64,000 bases of DNA, from contig JAVECO010000012.1 in assembly GCA_051942205.1 (NCBI GenBank), positions 62,001 to 126,000 on the forward strand, in the 5' to 3' direction. How positions within the stretch are numbered: the first letter of the stretch is position 1; every line of letters starts with the position of its first letter. A program made the translations under genes and the position numbers. Under the pieces are notes generated by a model. That model ran no database searches, was not told where the DNA came from, and worked only from the letters and a program-made list of their open reading frames with translations. The stretch comes from Coniocarpon cinnabarinum. Its lineage: Eukaryota. Positions 1 through 13,300 of this stretch are shown here, one piece after another.

Positions 1-1075
1 CAGCAAGCCAACAACCAGACAAATCGTGATCTCTGGACTGCACTCAAAGGCGGCTCCAACAACTTTGGAATTGTCACCAGGTTCACTGTCAACACTTTTC
101 AACAGGGCCAGTTATGGGGAGGTATCAATTTCTCCCCCGGAAGCGCCATTCCTTCGCAGCTCCAGGCCTTCCACAACTTCACCTCGGACCCCAATTATGA
201 CGAGAATGCGGCTCTTATTCAGAGCATCACATACAACAGCACTCGAGGCACCATAGGTGTTGCAAATAACATGCACTACACTATTCCCGTAGAGAAACCG
301 GAGGCTCTCAAGCCCTTCTGGAACGCAGAGTCGCAGTACTCGACCCTGAGGACTACAGATCTGCTAGATTTGACTACTGAGCTCGGCGCGTTCTCTCCAA
401 ACGGTCGCGGGTAAGATCAATCTGATGAGACCCAAATAGCTACTGGCTATCACTTGTCGTGAACATGACTGACCGGTAGGTAGGGAGATCTACATCACTA
501 CCACCTTCCGCAGCGACCCCACTATGCTTCAAAAAGCCTATGATCTGTGGGTTCCCACCACCAACAGCTTGTCTGACGTTCAGAACCTCTTTTGGTCTCT
601 TATATTTCAACCGCTGCCGCCTGCAATCACATCCAAGACAGACAAGCACGGCATCGACCCCTTGGGTTTGTCAGGCAACCCTCCACTTGTTCTTGCTCTC
701 ATCTCATCAGCCTGGGACCTCGACTCAGACACACCTCGTGTTGTTCAGACGGCTAAAAACCTGATCTCCAACATTGACAACGCCGCAGTCGAGACCGGTA
801 CCACTAATCGCTACAGGTACCTGAACTACGCGTACGAGGGGCAGGATCCCATCACTGGGTACGGCTCGGACAATAAAGCCTTCTTGCAGAAGGTTAGCCG
901 AGACTACGACCCTGACGGGTTGTTTCAGACGGGATGTCCGGGAGGTTTCAAGTTGTTTGATCAAGGATCTGACGTTCGTGCTCACTTCCACGTGCTCCCA
1001 AAGCGGCACCACCAACTAAAACTATTTTACAGGGCGCGTAAGCTCCTGGCCAGATTCAGGCACCTCTGTACATAG
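1..1075 (+). CDS. FAD-linked oxidoreductase (berberine-bridge-enzyme/VAO-like), 5'-truncated by the window edge; intron 411-483
   Basis: Frame 1 reads DLWTALKGGSNNFGIVTRFT...GQLWGG. The GT-AG intron 411-483 joins it in frame to ORF 524-1075, which contains YLNYA...DYDPDGLFQ...PGGFKL, the typical C-terminus of fungal FAD-binding oxidases. Confidence 0.88.
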
Positions 1076-1160
1076 TCGCACGTACCAATTTGGAGCGCAA
1101 CCCACGGTCAGAGCAGCATTTTCCCAAGATGTCCATTTGTTTGATATATACTTCTGACGA

Positions 1161-2897
1161 CTAATTTCGTTTGGCAATAACGACAACCTTGCTTCGGGGC
1201 ATTGCGACCCCTAGCGTTACCTTGTCACTAATCTCACCAGGCGCGACCCATTTTCCGGATACTGGAATCACCTTGTATTGCATACAAACTTGTCTTACCA
1301 CCAGTAAAACTGTTCTCTCCGCGAAGAACCTACCAGGACACATGAACTTGCCGCCTCCAAAGCCCTTGATGTTTTTGATATTCACGTCATCATCTATCTT
1401 TAGAAATCTTTCAGGCTCTAACTGATTGTAGGTGAGGCCATGTATCTTTCTGGAAAAATGGACGCTTCGCATTGGACAGAGAACAGTGGAGTCCTTCTTG
1501 AACAGATAATCTCCCACAGATGCGTCGTGGACAACCACGCGCGACTCTGCGCCACACGTGTAGCGACGTGTGCACTCGCGAAAGAGAGAACGAAGCAAAG
1601 GCATCTCGATGACGTTTGATGAGCTTGTTTCCTTGCCGAGGCCCTCTTCCACGGGGTTCGCATTTCCAATGTCATTCATAGGCTGATCCGGCGGTGCACA
1701 CGGATGAGGCAGACTCGTCGCCTCGTGTTGAAGCCTTCGAAGCAATTGCGAGTCTGAAATAGCGCTCAGCACCGTCCAAAAAGCCAAGCCTACAGTGTTC
1801 GAGAGTATCGCGTTGATGCGGGTGCATTCGATTCGAGCGATGTCTTCGCGGCTCAAGCTGTGCGCTTCCAGGACTCGCAGCCACGCTTTCGTGGATTCCG
1901 AGCTTTGCTGATGATTCTCCGCTGCCAGATATGAGACGTAGGCAGACGTTAGCTTCTCACGTCCTGAGAATGCTCTCGGAGCTATGTAACGTTGAAACAA
2001 CCCAGGGAGCATGCCTCCCATGCCGTCACTGAATGACCTGCAAAACGTCAACTCTTGAATACGGTCAAGAGCAAGGCTTGGACCACTCCATCATAGCAAC
2101 GCATGAACTTACCAGTATGCATCAGCCACGTAGGCGTCTCTGAACGGATTCATCGGCCCATACAACGCCTCTGTAACTCCCAGAGTGACTGCATGTTTCA
2201 CCCATTGCCACAAATCCACCTCATTCCCATAATTCGCAAGATGAGTCTCGAGGGCTTCTGGTATAGCTTTTGCTAGTCTGGATGTCATCTGATCCAGAGA
2301 CTTGCCAGGTCTGAAGAGCACGTGTGTCGTCTTGATCGCTTCTGCGAAAAGACTTGGGCTCTTCTTGTCGGAACGCAGAGCATTGTCGAGCAGCTTCTGC
2401 TTGCCTGCATTGCTGACGCCAGCAAGCCGGACCATAAACTGAACCTCAATCGGCCAGAAGGACAAGGAGCCTGAGAGGTTTTGCAAAACATTAATGAGCT
2501 CTACGTCTGTGATGATGTAGACCCTGGATCCTGGCACGGGCAATGTGAATATGTCAAGATTGGTTCGATGGCTTTATCAAGAAGAGTTAGCCACTAACAC
2601 GCTCGGGCTCATTATGCGATGCGAATGCTTGCTTCTCATCCACCGCATTAACGATATACGACGATGCCCCCAGAAGGAAATAAAGAGGCAAACTCGCCTT
2701 AGATCCACAGCATATTGGAAGCCTCCCGTCAACAATCCCACTGCATGGCCAATCAACGGAAGCCGGGGTTTTATATATGGCGGTTCGTATGAGGGTCCTC
2801 GTTTTCCAAAGCTGCGATATACAACCCAGGCAAACACAGCGAGTATTACGCAAAGAACTGGACTGGGAACATCCCCGCTTCCTAGTGACCAGCTCAT
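1161..2897 (-). CDS. Cytochrome P450 (CYP7/CYP8-like clan), 3 exons; first intron is GC-AG (2697-2572)
   Basis: N-terminal TM anchor plus EPPYIKPRLPLIGH; I-helix ILSNTVGLAFW; ExxR (RECTR); PERF; heme motif FGGGKFMCPGRFFA. Confidence 0.92.
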
Positions 2898-4218
2898 GCC
2901 AGGCCTAAACACAATGCATCGTCTGTTGATACATATCTGCACATGCGAACTATCCGTAGAGCAGAAGGAATGAGCACGTGACATCTGTCCTCCATGGCTC
3001 TGCTATGCCGGCCCGTACGATAACATTGCGCTGGATTCGAGAGAGTTTGCGAACTACAGAACTCAGCTGCGGTCAAGATCCCTGACCACACAAAGACACC
3101 TCGATTAAACATGGCCCGATGACATGGCGGATCACACAATCGGTGTGCAATACCCAAGCCACCGCTAAAGTGGCTGTAAAACGTCATATCGTGCGTTATC
3201 TTGTGCGTCAGTGAAGGGTACAGAAGGTGGGGGAGATGGACGCATGCGGACACCTCGGAGCCCAATGCATGAAGCTGACACGCCTCTTGAAGTGTTGTGG
3301 CTTGATGGTAGATGCAACATCGGTCACCCTGCGATGAGATGAAAGTTGGTGATCCGTGCCACCACACGACAACGAAGCCCCTAGTCAAGACCTTGACTCG
3401 AGTAAGACTCTTCACCCAATCAAACTCGACTTCGACTCATGTCCTCAAACGGCATGCCGAATTTGACGCCACAGACATTAGGGTTGCACGAGGCATCTGG
3501 GCTAGTAAATGCATTATTTGTGAGCTCCTTTACTCTAATCTCACCACAGTTGAGGTATCCAATACTTCTCCAAAGTTTACTCTATCGGGGTTGACTCCAA
3601 GCACTCTCGACCGAGGCCAATGTGATGAAGTCTCGCACCATGCATCCGGAATGTGCCGGCCATGCTTGCCCGTTCCTGGGTCTTTCGTGGCTTGACCATG
3701 CACGAAAGTTAAGGTTGGTCTACCAAGCCGGCAGCGGTCCGCTTCCAACGAACGTCTCGCTTGTAGGCATAACAGTCATTGCCAAGACAAACTCTCTGTC
3801 ATCTTCAGTGAAAAAGATCGGACGTGGTCCGTAGATACACTGTCAATACTCAGCCACAGCATGTCGAGAAGCGTCAGACCTCAAGTTCCTTGTGCTTGCA
3901 CAACTCCTTGGCAAGGCATACAGCGTAGAACAAGGATGAGGGGCATTTGGCTTGTCACCTGCACAAGCAGATGCAAGAGGATGCACCGATCCATGAACGT
4001 AAGCCACTACCGAAACTTCTGTTCACCGCAGGACTTATCTGCCGAGACGGACACCCTCAGCTAGTAGAAGCTATGCCTCAGCTATCCGTTAGCTGTTCGC
4101 AGCCTGTGTCGGTGAAGATGACATCGTTTCGTTGCCTTGACAATCTATTGCTACTATAGTTTCTTAAATCACGATTTTTCGTTCTGGTCCTTGACGGCAT
4201 TGACGAGAGTTCGCGAAT

Positions 4219-6102
4219 ATGGCTTCCTACATCAAGCATCACGCACTTGAAGCCCATATCCCTCTTCTACACGCGCAGGATGGCTGGCAGCCCAGCATAC
4301 AAACATCACTTGTTTTATTGGTAGTCGCCTACGTAACATGGAGACTCTATCGGTTCACTATCATTCCTTACTTATATCCCCATGAAGCGCCTGAGCTACC
4401 CTACAGCATACCCTGTAAGACTAAAGCAGCACACTCACCTCACAAACCACCATAACTAATGGTATCATTCCAGTCATTGGACATGCAAGGCAATTCTTCA
4501 CAGACGCCGACGGTCTCCTCACCTATGGCCGGTACATACCCCCTCCAATAACCCAACCTATCAACACAAAGCCAGCTGACAAAAGATGAAACAGCAACTA
4601 CTTCAACAACACCCGCGAACTCTTCGTCCTCGTCATCGCCGGCGAAAGACTCCACGTCGCCACCAACGCCTCCGACGTGGCGACCATCACCAAGTCCCCC
4701 GACTTCACCTTCGACAGCTACATGCGCGACATCATGCTCGATTTTTCCTTCACCAAACCGGCACTCGATCGCATGTGGGAGCGCCCCGGTATGGACGACA
4801 AGCCGAAACGCGAAGCGGAAGGTCGCTTTCCCAATATCGGACGGAAACCTCTCGCCAAGCTCGCGGAGGATATCATTCGTCGGCAGCTGTTGCCTGGAAG
4901 CATGTTTGAGTCGATTCAGGAAGATGTGCTCAGACGGTTCTTGGACGTCGTGAGCTGGGAGCGCATCCGCGACGACGCCGTCCTTTCCTCTTCACCAGGG
5001 GAAAAAACAGTCTCACTCAAGAAATGGACACAGACATGTCTCATCGGTCCCGCGACGGAAGCCTTCTTCGGCACGGCCTTACTACGCGTGGCCCCAGACC
5101 TGCTCGACCACTTCTGCGAGTTCGACGAAAAGAGTTGGAAGCTGACTTATAAGGTGCCGACTGTGTTTTCGAAAGACATGCATGCCGCTAGACGCCAGGC
5201 GCATGAGAGCTTGATCCGGTATTTTGAGCTGCCGCGGGAGGAGAGGGACGATGCCGCGTGGGTTATTAAGACGATTGAGGATGAGATGCGCGCGCTGGGG
5301 ATAGGGAGTGAGGATATTGCCGCGAACTTGTCTATGTTCTATTGGGTGTACGTCTTTATTTGTTTCCCCAATCCGGTCGCACCCGCTGCCCCTTGTTCAC
5401 CACACCCCATGCATACGAAAATTAATGCTAATTCGAGGAACGAACAGAACAAACGTCAACGTCTGGAAAGTCTGTTTCTGGGCCCTCACCTTCCTAGCCC
5501 ACAACCAACCCCTCCTCACGCACCTCCGCTCCGAAATCGACCCCCTCATAACCAACACGTCCTCCACCTCCCCCGTCTCAACCCTCCAAGCCCTCCGCCA
5601 AAATCCCCACTACACCAGTTTCTACAACGAAACCCTCCGCACCATAGCAGCGGGCAAAACAATCCGCGACGTCGCCAAACCCACGTCCGTTCGCGGCAAG
5701 ACGCTCAAACCCGGTGACCGCGTCTTGATCTCCTTCCGACAGATGCTCGTGTCCGAAAGCGTCTTCGGCAAAGATTGGAATGAGTTCAAGCCTGAACGAT
5801 TTGTGGAGGATGACACGCCGTTGAAGAGCGAGAGTTTTCGACCTTTCGGAGCCGGAGCGAGTCTCTGCAGTGGGCGGTATTTCGCGATGAGCGAGATTTT
5901 GTTCTTTCTGGCGTTGGTGGTGTCGCGGTTTGAGATGGAGGTGGGACGCGGGGATGGTGGGGGGGATGCTGAGGATGGGAAGGGAAAGGAGATGCCCGAG
6001 TTGGATAATTCGCGGTCTAGTTTGGGGATCATGCCGCCGAAGGAGGGCCACGACTGTGTGGTGAGGATGAGGGCAAGGAAGGGTGAGGAGTTGAAGAATT
6101 GA
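4219..6102 (+). CDS. Cytochrome P450 (CYP7/CYP8-like clan), 4 exons
   Basis: TM anchor plus PELPYSIP; I-helix FYWVTNVNVWKVCFW after splicing intron 5349-5447; NETLR; KPERF; heme motif FGAGASLCSGRYFA. Confidence 0.92.
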
Positions 6103-6728
6103 GAAAGGCAGGAGGGATCATGGGGATGTATGTGATGTGTGATGAGAGCAAGAGAAGTTGACGGCTTTGCATGGAGCTACGATGACGATATAGAGGCAAT
6201 GATCCTTCACATAGTGCAATGACTCTCCGACACGATCGCTTACTCGGTGACAAAGCATCGATGAACAAGGCGTCCAAAAACAGGAGTCTGACGGGTGATC
6301 TGCCGAGCTGTTGAGGTGCTCAATAGCCGGGTGGCGATTGTCCACGTCTGGGCGTTCAACAGCAGACGCATCGATAGACAGAGAGTCGTGAATTACGCAG
6401 ATTCAATATCTGAGTTTCGTGGTACAAGAGTAACAATCAGGACAGTGATCAAGGCAAAGCGACAAGACAACGGAAATGCAACGGTCCAATGTAAGAGCAC
6501 CTGCGCTCACAACACAGTGATAACTCCGCAGTAGGCCCTGGCTTCCTGAACTCGCAAAAAGAGATGTGAGCACACGTCCGTTCGAGGTCAAGTTTATGAG
6601 CGTGTGATGTCAATTCTCGTTTTAGTCTAACAATTCTTGATGCCGTAGATGAAGATCTCGGAGTAGAGTATCCAACAAAACGCCGTACTTCACGTACATG
6701 CAGTATATGCCTCATTGCAACACGTATA

Positions 6729-8367
6729 TCAAACCTTGGGCGTTGTTTCCCGTACGGCCTTATCAATGGCCTCCGCAACGTAATCCACGTTCTTCGTGTT
6801 GAGCCCTGCAATCGACGCTCGTCCGTTCTTCGTCATGTACCTGTCATTCGTTTCATCAGCATGGTCTCCCCTCAGCATGTACTCTCAGCAAACAGGAGCT
6901 TGAGCAACTTACACATGAGCATCTTTCCGCACCTTCAGGACCTGCTCCTCAGTCAAACCCGTGAAACTAAACATCCCAATCTGCTCCGTAATCGCCTTCC
7001 ACGACCCGGGGGTTCCCAACTCCTCCAAGCGACTCCTCAATCTCCGTCTCATCTCCATGATGCGTCCGGACATCTCCTTAAGATTCTCCGTCCACTCTTG
7101 GAATAACGCCCAATCATTTAAAATCGTGGATGCAATCCTAGCGCCATAAGCCGGCGGATTCGAGATCTCCGATCGCTGGACGATGGCCAATTGCGAGGCA
7201 ACGCGTGCGGCGGTATCTTGTGCGTTCGGACCAGGCGACGTCACGAAATGGAAACAGCCCACACGCTCGCCGTACAATCCTAGATTTTTGGCGAAGCTTT
7301 GAGCAATGCACAATTCAAAGCCTTGATCGATGAAATATCGCACGGCCCAGGCGTCGCGGTCCAGATCACCGGATGCGAAGCCTTGATATGCGCAATCGAA
7401 GAAGGGGAAGTGCTTCTTGGCGCGGACGGTTTTGGCGATTTGTTCCCATTGTTCGCGTGTCGGATCTACTCCAGTCGGGTTCTGGTCGAGGTGTCAGTTT
7501 GTCACTCGGGTAATGGTGGGGTGGATTACTGACATGCGCGCATGCGTGGAGCACGGCGATGGAACCTTCTGGAGCCGAGTCGAGCGCTGCAATCATACCG
7601 TCGAAGTCCAACCCTTTTGTTTTCTTGTCGAAGTAAGGATATGTTTGGAGAGGGTGTCCACTGTTAGTGAAGACTTGGTTGCTTCGCTGCGTCAGCTGGA
7701 GTGCCCAGACATAGTATGACCTCGTCAGGAGCTTACTGATTCGCCCAGGTGGGCGAGGAGAGGAGTACTGGCCATTTCTGTGACTTCTGGTAGAATTTTG
7801 CTAGAAATGCGGACCCTAATCGTAGGGCGCTGAAGACAATGTCAGCCTGTGTAGACACTACAGGTTGGGCGATGTTCTTACCCAGTCCCCGATATTGATT
7901 GCACAGCGGTCGCCTATCTTGAAAATCAATGTGATGAGCCTCGGTGCTTTTTCAACCTTCCAAACGTACCCGCTTCTCTTTTATGGCAGGACTGTCTGCG
8001 CCAAGTATGACCTTTTGCGCCGCGGAGGTGAAGGTGGGTAGACCAGCGATGGGGAGGTATTCATGATTTAGCTCGGGATCGCTGCGGAGTCGATCATCCG
8101 CCTTTTTGACACTGCTGAGAATGACAGGCTTCGCGTTGTCGTCTCGGTCTATTGTAGCCATTTCATCAGTCGCGGAATGGCTCCAGTCCATGGAGATTTG
8201 CTCTTACATGCGCCAATGCCAAGGTCGACCTTCTTAGGATCTTGATCCTCCTTATACTGCGCCATTAGACCAAACAAGGGGTCCTCCGGCGCCATGGGCA
8301 CCACGTCTACCGCGAAAGCTGATTCCATTCTGCCAAAATGTTCGGAGATCTGTACGGCACTGGACAT
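6729..8367 (-). CDS. AAT2: Aspartate aminotransferase, cytosolic type, multi-exon
   Basis: APEDPLFGL...KVDLGIGAY; HEYLPIAGLP; LHACAH-NPTGVD; PLP-lysine motif QSFAKNLGLYGER; SNPPAYGARI; last exon YMTKNGRASIAGLN...ETTPKV*. Confidence 0.95.
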
Positions 8368-8864
8368 GAGCGGAAGTTGCAGGAATGATGGTGATTTTTG
8401 GGTGCGAGGGATGCCCAGGATACGTTGCGAAGACTCAATAGAATGACAAGCAAAGAATGGTCAACAGACCTGTTGCAGGCGAAGTTTGGGCGTCGAGGAC
8501 ATGCCTGCACTTCAATGTCGCCAGGACTTGCTCCGAGCTTAATTTGTGATGGTATCGATAGGATATCTACCCAATCAGGCTATTCTTGTGCAAACTCGTG
8601 CAGAATGCAGTGGATTTGCACGGGGTGCTCGTGAAGGGAATTGATACGAGGTCAATCTACGAGTGTTCATACAAGCGCCGCAAGAAGTCATTGACATCAG
8701 CTGCCACATGGACCAAGAAAACAAAAGACCGACGCTCGTCTCCATTGTTAGTGTCAGGCACAATCTCGATTTGGAAATGCCGAGGCATAGGACTCAGGTG
8801 ATTTAGCTTGGAAATGGTTGTACTTCCTTCACATGCCGACAACCGTCTGAAGCTGATACTCGGG

Positions 8865-10107
8865 CTAAATGATCAAGTCCCAGGCGACTAGGAAGCAGCT
8901 CAAGCCTATACTCGAGTAGAAAAGCATCCGTGCCATGCTTCGTCTTTGGGTCGCTTGCTTGAGCTGCACGTTACCAGCCTGCACATCTTCTGCTGTCTGG
9001 AATGAATCTTGGACCAAGCTCTCGATGTGGCTCTGTTGTTGATCGAGGTTGGTGACGAGCGTGCTTTGCAACTCCGATATCTCGAGTAGAGATTTCTCCG
9101 TCTGCCTTGTCGTGGGTTAGCAGCTTAAAGATAACACCTCAGACCTCCAGCGCGCGTACCTAACTTGTACTAGACGGTCTTCGTAGATCTTGAGCATGTT
9201 TTGATTCTCACTCTGGAACATCTGTTCCATCTCAGGGCTCAGCTCTTGCGGCACCTCTGTGTCGTAAGGAAACTGTCAGCATATGCGTCTCATTGTCTTC
9301 TTCTTAGCATTTGTTCAGCAAGACTTACCGTGTCTCTTCTCCTCCTCTGCAACCGCCAAACTCATCCCACCACCCACGGGTCCTCCATTCGCATACACAG
9401 GCCCCTTCACATCTCCCAGCACACTGCGCCCCTTCTCCACCTCACGCGAAATTCTAATCTCCATCATCTCGCTCTGCGTCCTTCCACAAATTTCCAGTCC
9501 CCTCTGCAAAAACCACACCACACTCTCTCTACAGCCCGCCACACTAGCACTCTGTCCGTCCTCCTCTTCCTCCTCGGGACTCTTCTCTTGTTCTGCGCCG
9601 CCCGCCGCCCATCGTCCCAGGGCACCGAACCCCTTTTTCCGGCGCTTCTGCAATTTCAAGGATCGCTCTACTTGCTGTCGCGTCTTCTCTGCCTCACTCA
9701 GCTGGTTCACGGCGGCGTTGAGCTCGCGCCATGTCGACTTCGCTTGCGCGTCGATACTATCGCGTTGCGCATTGGTGAGGTATTTGGGCTCGTCGTCATC
9801 TCGAGATGCTCTCCGTGTGTGCTTGAGCGGTGCGGGCGCGAAGCGGCTTTGACGTGGAGGGGCGGCGGTTGAAAGATACGACCGGCGGATCGAGCGAAGA
9901 TATGTAAGGAGCTCGGCAATGCGCGCGTTCTGTAGCCCACTGGGATGTTAAGGACTGAATCAATGGAATATGGGAAGGGCGTCTGACTAGTTGGTAGGCT
10001 TCCTTCAGGAAGTCGTTGACATGATCCAGAGAGTAATTGACCTCTGCAACGAGGGGACAATTACAACCTTTGAGGCAATCATTAAGATCCCTCGAGCGAT
10101 CAGCCAT
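8865..10107 (-). CDS. UFE1: ER t-SNARE syntaxin-18/Ufe1, multi-exon
   Basis: N-terminal DFLKEAY...IAELLTYLRSIRRSYL; LTNAQRDSIDAQAK; LGRWAAGG; SNARE heptad ISELQSTLVTNLDQQQSHIE...GNVQLKQA; C-terminal TM ending WDLII*. Confidence 0.88.
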
Positions 10108-10376
10108 GAGGCTACAAACTCGAAATGCTGTTGGTTTTTAAGGTTTATCATCTCGAGAGCTTGCTCTGGGATGGAGGTATTATGAGTCGGCAGGGTGCGC
10201 GTTTCCATTTCACTACGTCTTGATATCCACACATAGCGAATGGAAGGATGCATGTGAGACGCGTAAAGAAGTCGATGCCATTGAATACATCACTATGGCA
10301 TCCATAACGTTACTTCATTGCTATTAGCCAAAGCAAAGGGGTATCTCAAGTAGTCAAAGATCCACCCAAACGCCCA

Positions 10377-13300
10377 TCATTTCGCCTGTGGAGTGACAGG
10401 CACGTCCCAAACACTTCGAAACTCACGTTCGTCACGCGTAGCCAGGTTCTCAACTTCCTCAATGGTTGTCTTCGCCTGCTCAGAATCGTTCAGTGCCTCC
10501 GCTGGATTGATAGCATTCTTGGGAAAAGGAATATGCTCAGCGGACGAGAAAGCCGGCAAGTGGTTCTCTTTCCCAGACGGAACTTGCTTCTTTGGGGTAC
10601 CCGTGTTAGGAGGCAACCACTGAAGAGGTTCCTGACGGAAGTTGGTATCTGCGGAAGGTGTATCCTGACGTGCTCCGTGTGGTCGGTATGGAATAAACTC
10701 CAGGCCGGTCTGTCCATCGTTGCGTAAATGTGACGTCTCTGAAGTTTCGGAATCTTCCTGGGGAAGCAGCGCGTCCTGTGAGTCTGGTATGATACCATTG
10801 TCAACAGAAGCAACTGAAGCGGTCGCATTCTCAGCTGGTGTTGTCGATGTACCGGCACTCGCTTGGCCCATAACCTCTGTGACGAGAGGTGCTGCAGGAT
10901 TCGCAGGATTCTCATTCGTAGAAGTATTGGTCGTTGTTGCTTGTGGAATCACGTTAGATGGTGATGGTGGTGGAGCAGTCTCCGAATCATCGCCTCTTGC
11001 TTGAATGCTGGCAATACCAGCATTGTTTTCGCCGCCGAGGAGTGCAGAATTAGCAATCTCCTTCGTAATCTCAGCCGCCTTCTCAGCTGCTGGCGCTGGC
11101 TTGCTACTCGCTTTCTTGGTGGCCCGAGGTGCTGCCGGCTTCTTAGGTGCTTGCTTTGCTACCGCTGGTGCTGCTGACGGTGCAGTAGTTTTGGGGATCT
11201 TTAAAGTGATCTTGTTCATTCCTGAAGTGAGCGAATCTACGCTGGCATTCGACGTAGATGAATTGTTGTTTTGGTTACCGGTGTTTGACGGCCGCGTCAC
11301 AGTTGCATCGGAAGGTTCTGCGAGGGCGCCTGGTCTTAGGCTAGTTCTCCGCGTCTTTGCTACATTCAAACCTGATGCTGCTTCGCCAGAAGCTTGACGT
11401 GGCTTAGGCGCGGCAGGCCTCGACGACTTATTAGAAGACGACACGGGAATGCCAGTGACCGCATTAACAGGCTCCTCACTCACTTCTGGATGTATCGGTA
11501 AATCCGAAATTGATTGTCGACGGTCCAAAGGGGTTTTATTAAACAATGCATCTTGCTGAGTCTTGCGGCCTCTTGTCTGTCTGCGCTCGCCAGCCGTCTC
11601 TGTTGGAACAGTCTGAATGCCAATTGATGAATGTCGCTCGCGCTTCTTTGGCTCATTAAGCTCCTCGTGGCGGCAGCTATTGACCTGCCGGTCTTCACTT
11701 GGGACCAACAGCCTTGAAAGCTGACATGCCGCAGTGGCCCAATCGACCTCTGGAGGAGGTGGTGTAGACGGTCTTGACTTCGGCGGGGTTAAGACATTAA
11801 TTGATGTATGGCGCTGGATCTTGCCTGGGTCAACCACTTTTGCTGTGAAAGACTGCGTTGGGGTTTGATAGGTGGGTACCTCCTTGGGACCTGACGGCTT
11901 CTTGACTGGCGCAGGTGGCGGCGCGATTGGTTTCATCATATCTTCCAACTCGCGCAAAGCAGTGTCAGACCACCATGATGGATCCCATCGGTGCTGTAGG
12001 TTTACTTCTTCGGAAGGCATAAGTGTCGCGTTCGGGTCTGCTTTGTAATTTGCTAGTCCAGCCAGATGGCTGAAAACACCGCTGCTAATCGCCCGATCGC
12101 TGTACCCACCTTCGAGAACACTGATCACACGTCCATCAGTCGCCATGCCTTCCTCGTTCGCGAGTTTGACAATGTCGGACGTCATCTGTGCATAAAATGC
12201 CGTTGGCACGTTCACCTTATGCCGTTGCATGGTGGGAGTCTCCCATTCACTGGCATCGAAGCCAGCTGAGATGAATATGGCAGCCTTAGGTTGAAGGCCA
12301 GGAGCTGTCGCTTTCAGTCGTTGAGTTGTACTCTGCAGATACGCCCGTGCCTTCTCAAGTAGTACGAGGTACTGAGTCTCATACAGTCGCCAGAAATCAG
12401 CTTCTGTCGTCCAAGGCTGCAAGTGCACGTTCCAAATATTCTGGGCATGCGCATTCTGGATGCAAACGCTCGCTCTTTGCACTTTGTTAAAGTCACCGTC
12501 TTCGCAAGGATAGCTGTTGATGTCGTGAATACTGAAATACGCCACAGAGCTGCGTTTGAAGGCCGCATTCTTCGCCGTGCTCTTCTGCGCTTTCAGTGAC
12601 CTCGCATTACGCTCCCAAGCAATGGCTTGAGAGCCATCTCCATGGTGGAGGTCAAAATCAATGATCGCTGCGTGTGTCAAGGAGTGGTGTTGAATGGCAT
12701 GTTCAATGCCGACGTGAACATTGTTGATCCAGCAGAAACCTGATGGCCAGTCCGCAGAGCAATGATGACCAGGCGGTCTGATACAAACGAAAGCCTTCTT
12801 GCAATTCCTTGCGTCTATAGAATCATCGAACACGGTGTCGACCGCCTCGCACACGCCCCCCAAAGCACCCTCAAGGGCGTCCCGAGAATCCTTGCACAAA
12901 TATAGATCACCCTCATGCAGGTAGGGTTTTGACGTGGATCCGGGAGCAGCTGCAGGGGTATCAGGCCTGGACAGCTCCTTCTGACCACAAGCCAATTTCT
13001 CGCCTGCCGTGTCGCACATCATCTTGAGCTCCTGCATCCACTTCGTGCCATGCACAGCTGCAACGATCGGCGACGTGACGTCAATTGTGCGCGCCGTTTT
13101 GCGAATTCGAAAGGGCACATCTGCAATGGGCTCGTGGCGAGGGGTAGGCGGGTGAGACCCATTCGCATGTCGACCTCCAAGTCGAACGTACGCAGTCGCA
13201 AGGCCAAGCATTCCAGCCTGCATGCGCTCTGGACGCTCTACGATCATACTGAGCGTTGACTTGGAGGTTTTTGGCCGGCTGAAACGATGTCCATAGCAGG

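Noticed and set aside
6729..6740. AAT2 C-terminal PKV as a peroxisomal PTS1
   Set aside because: It deviates from the (S/A/C)(K/R/H)(L/M) consensus at two positions and there is no TGA-CTA readthrough context, so it cannot be supported.
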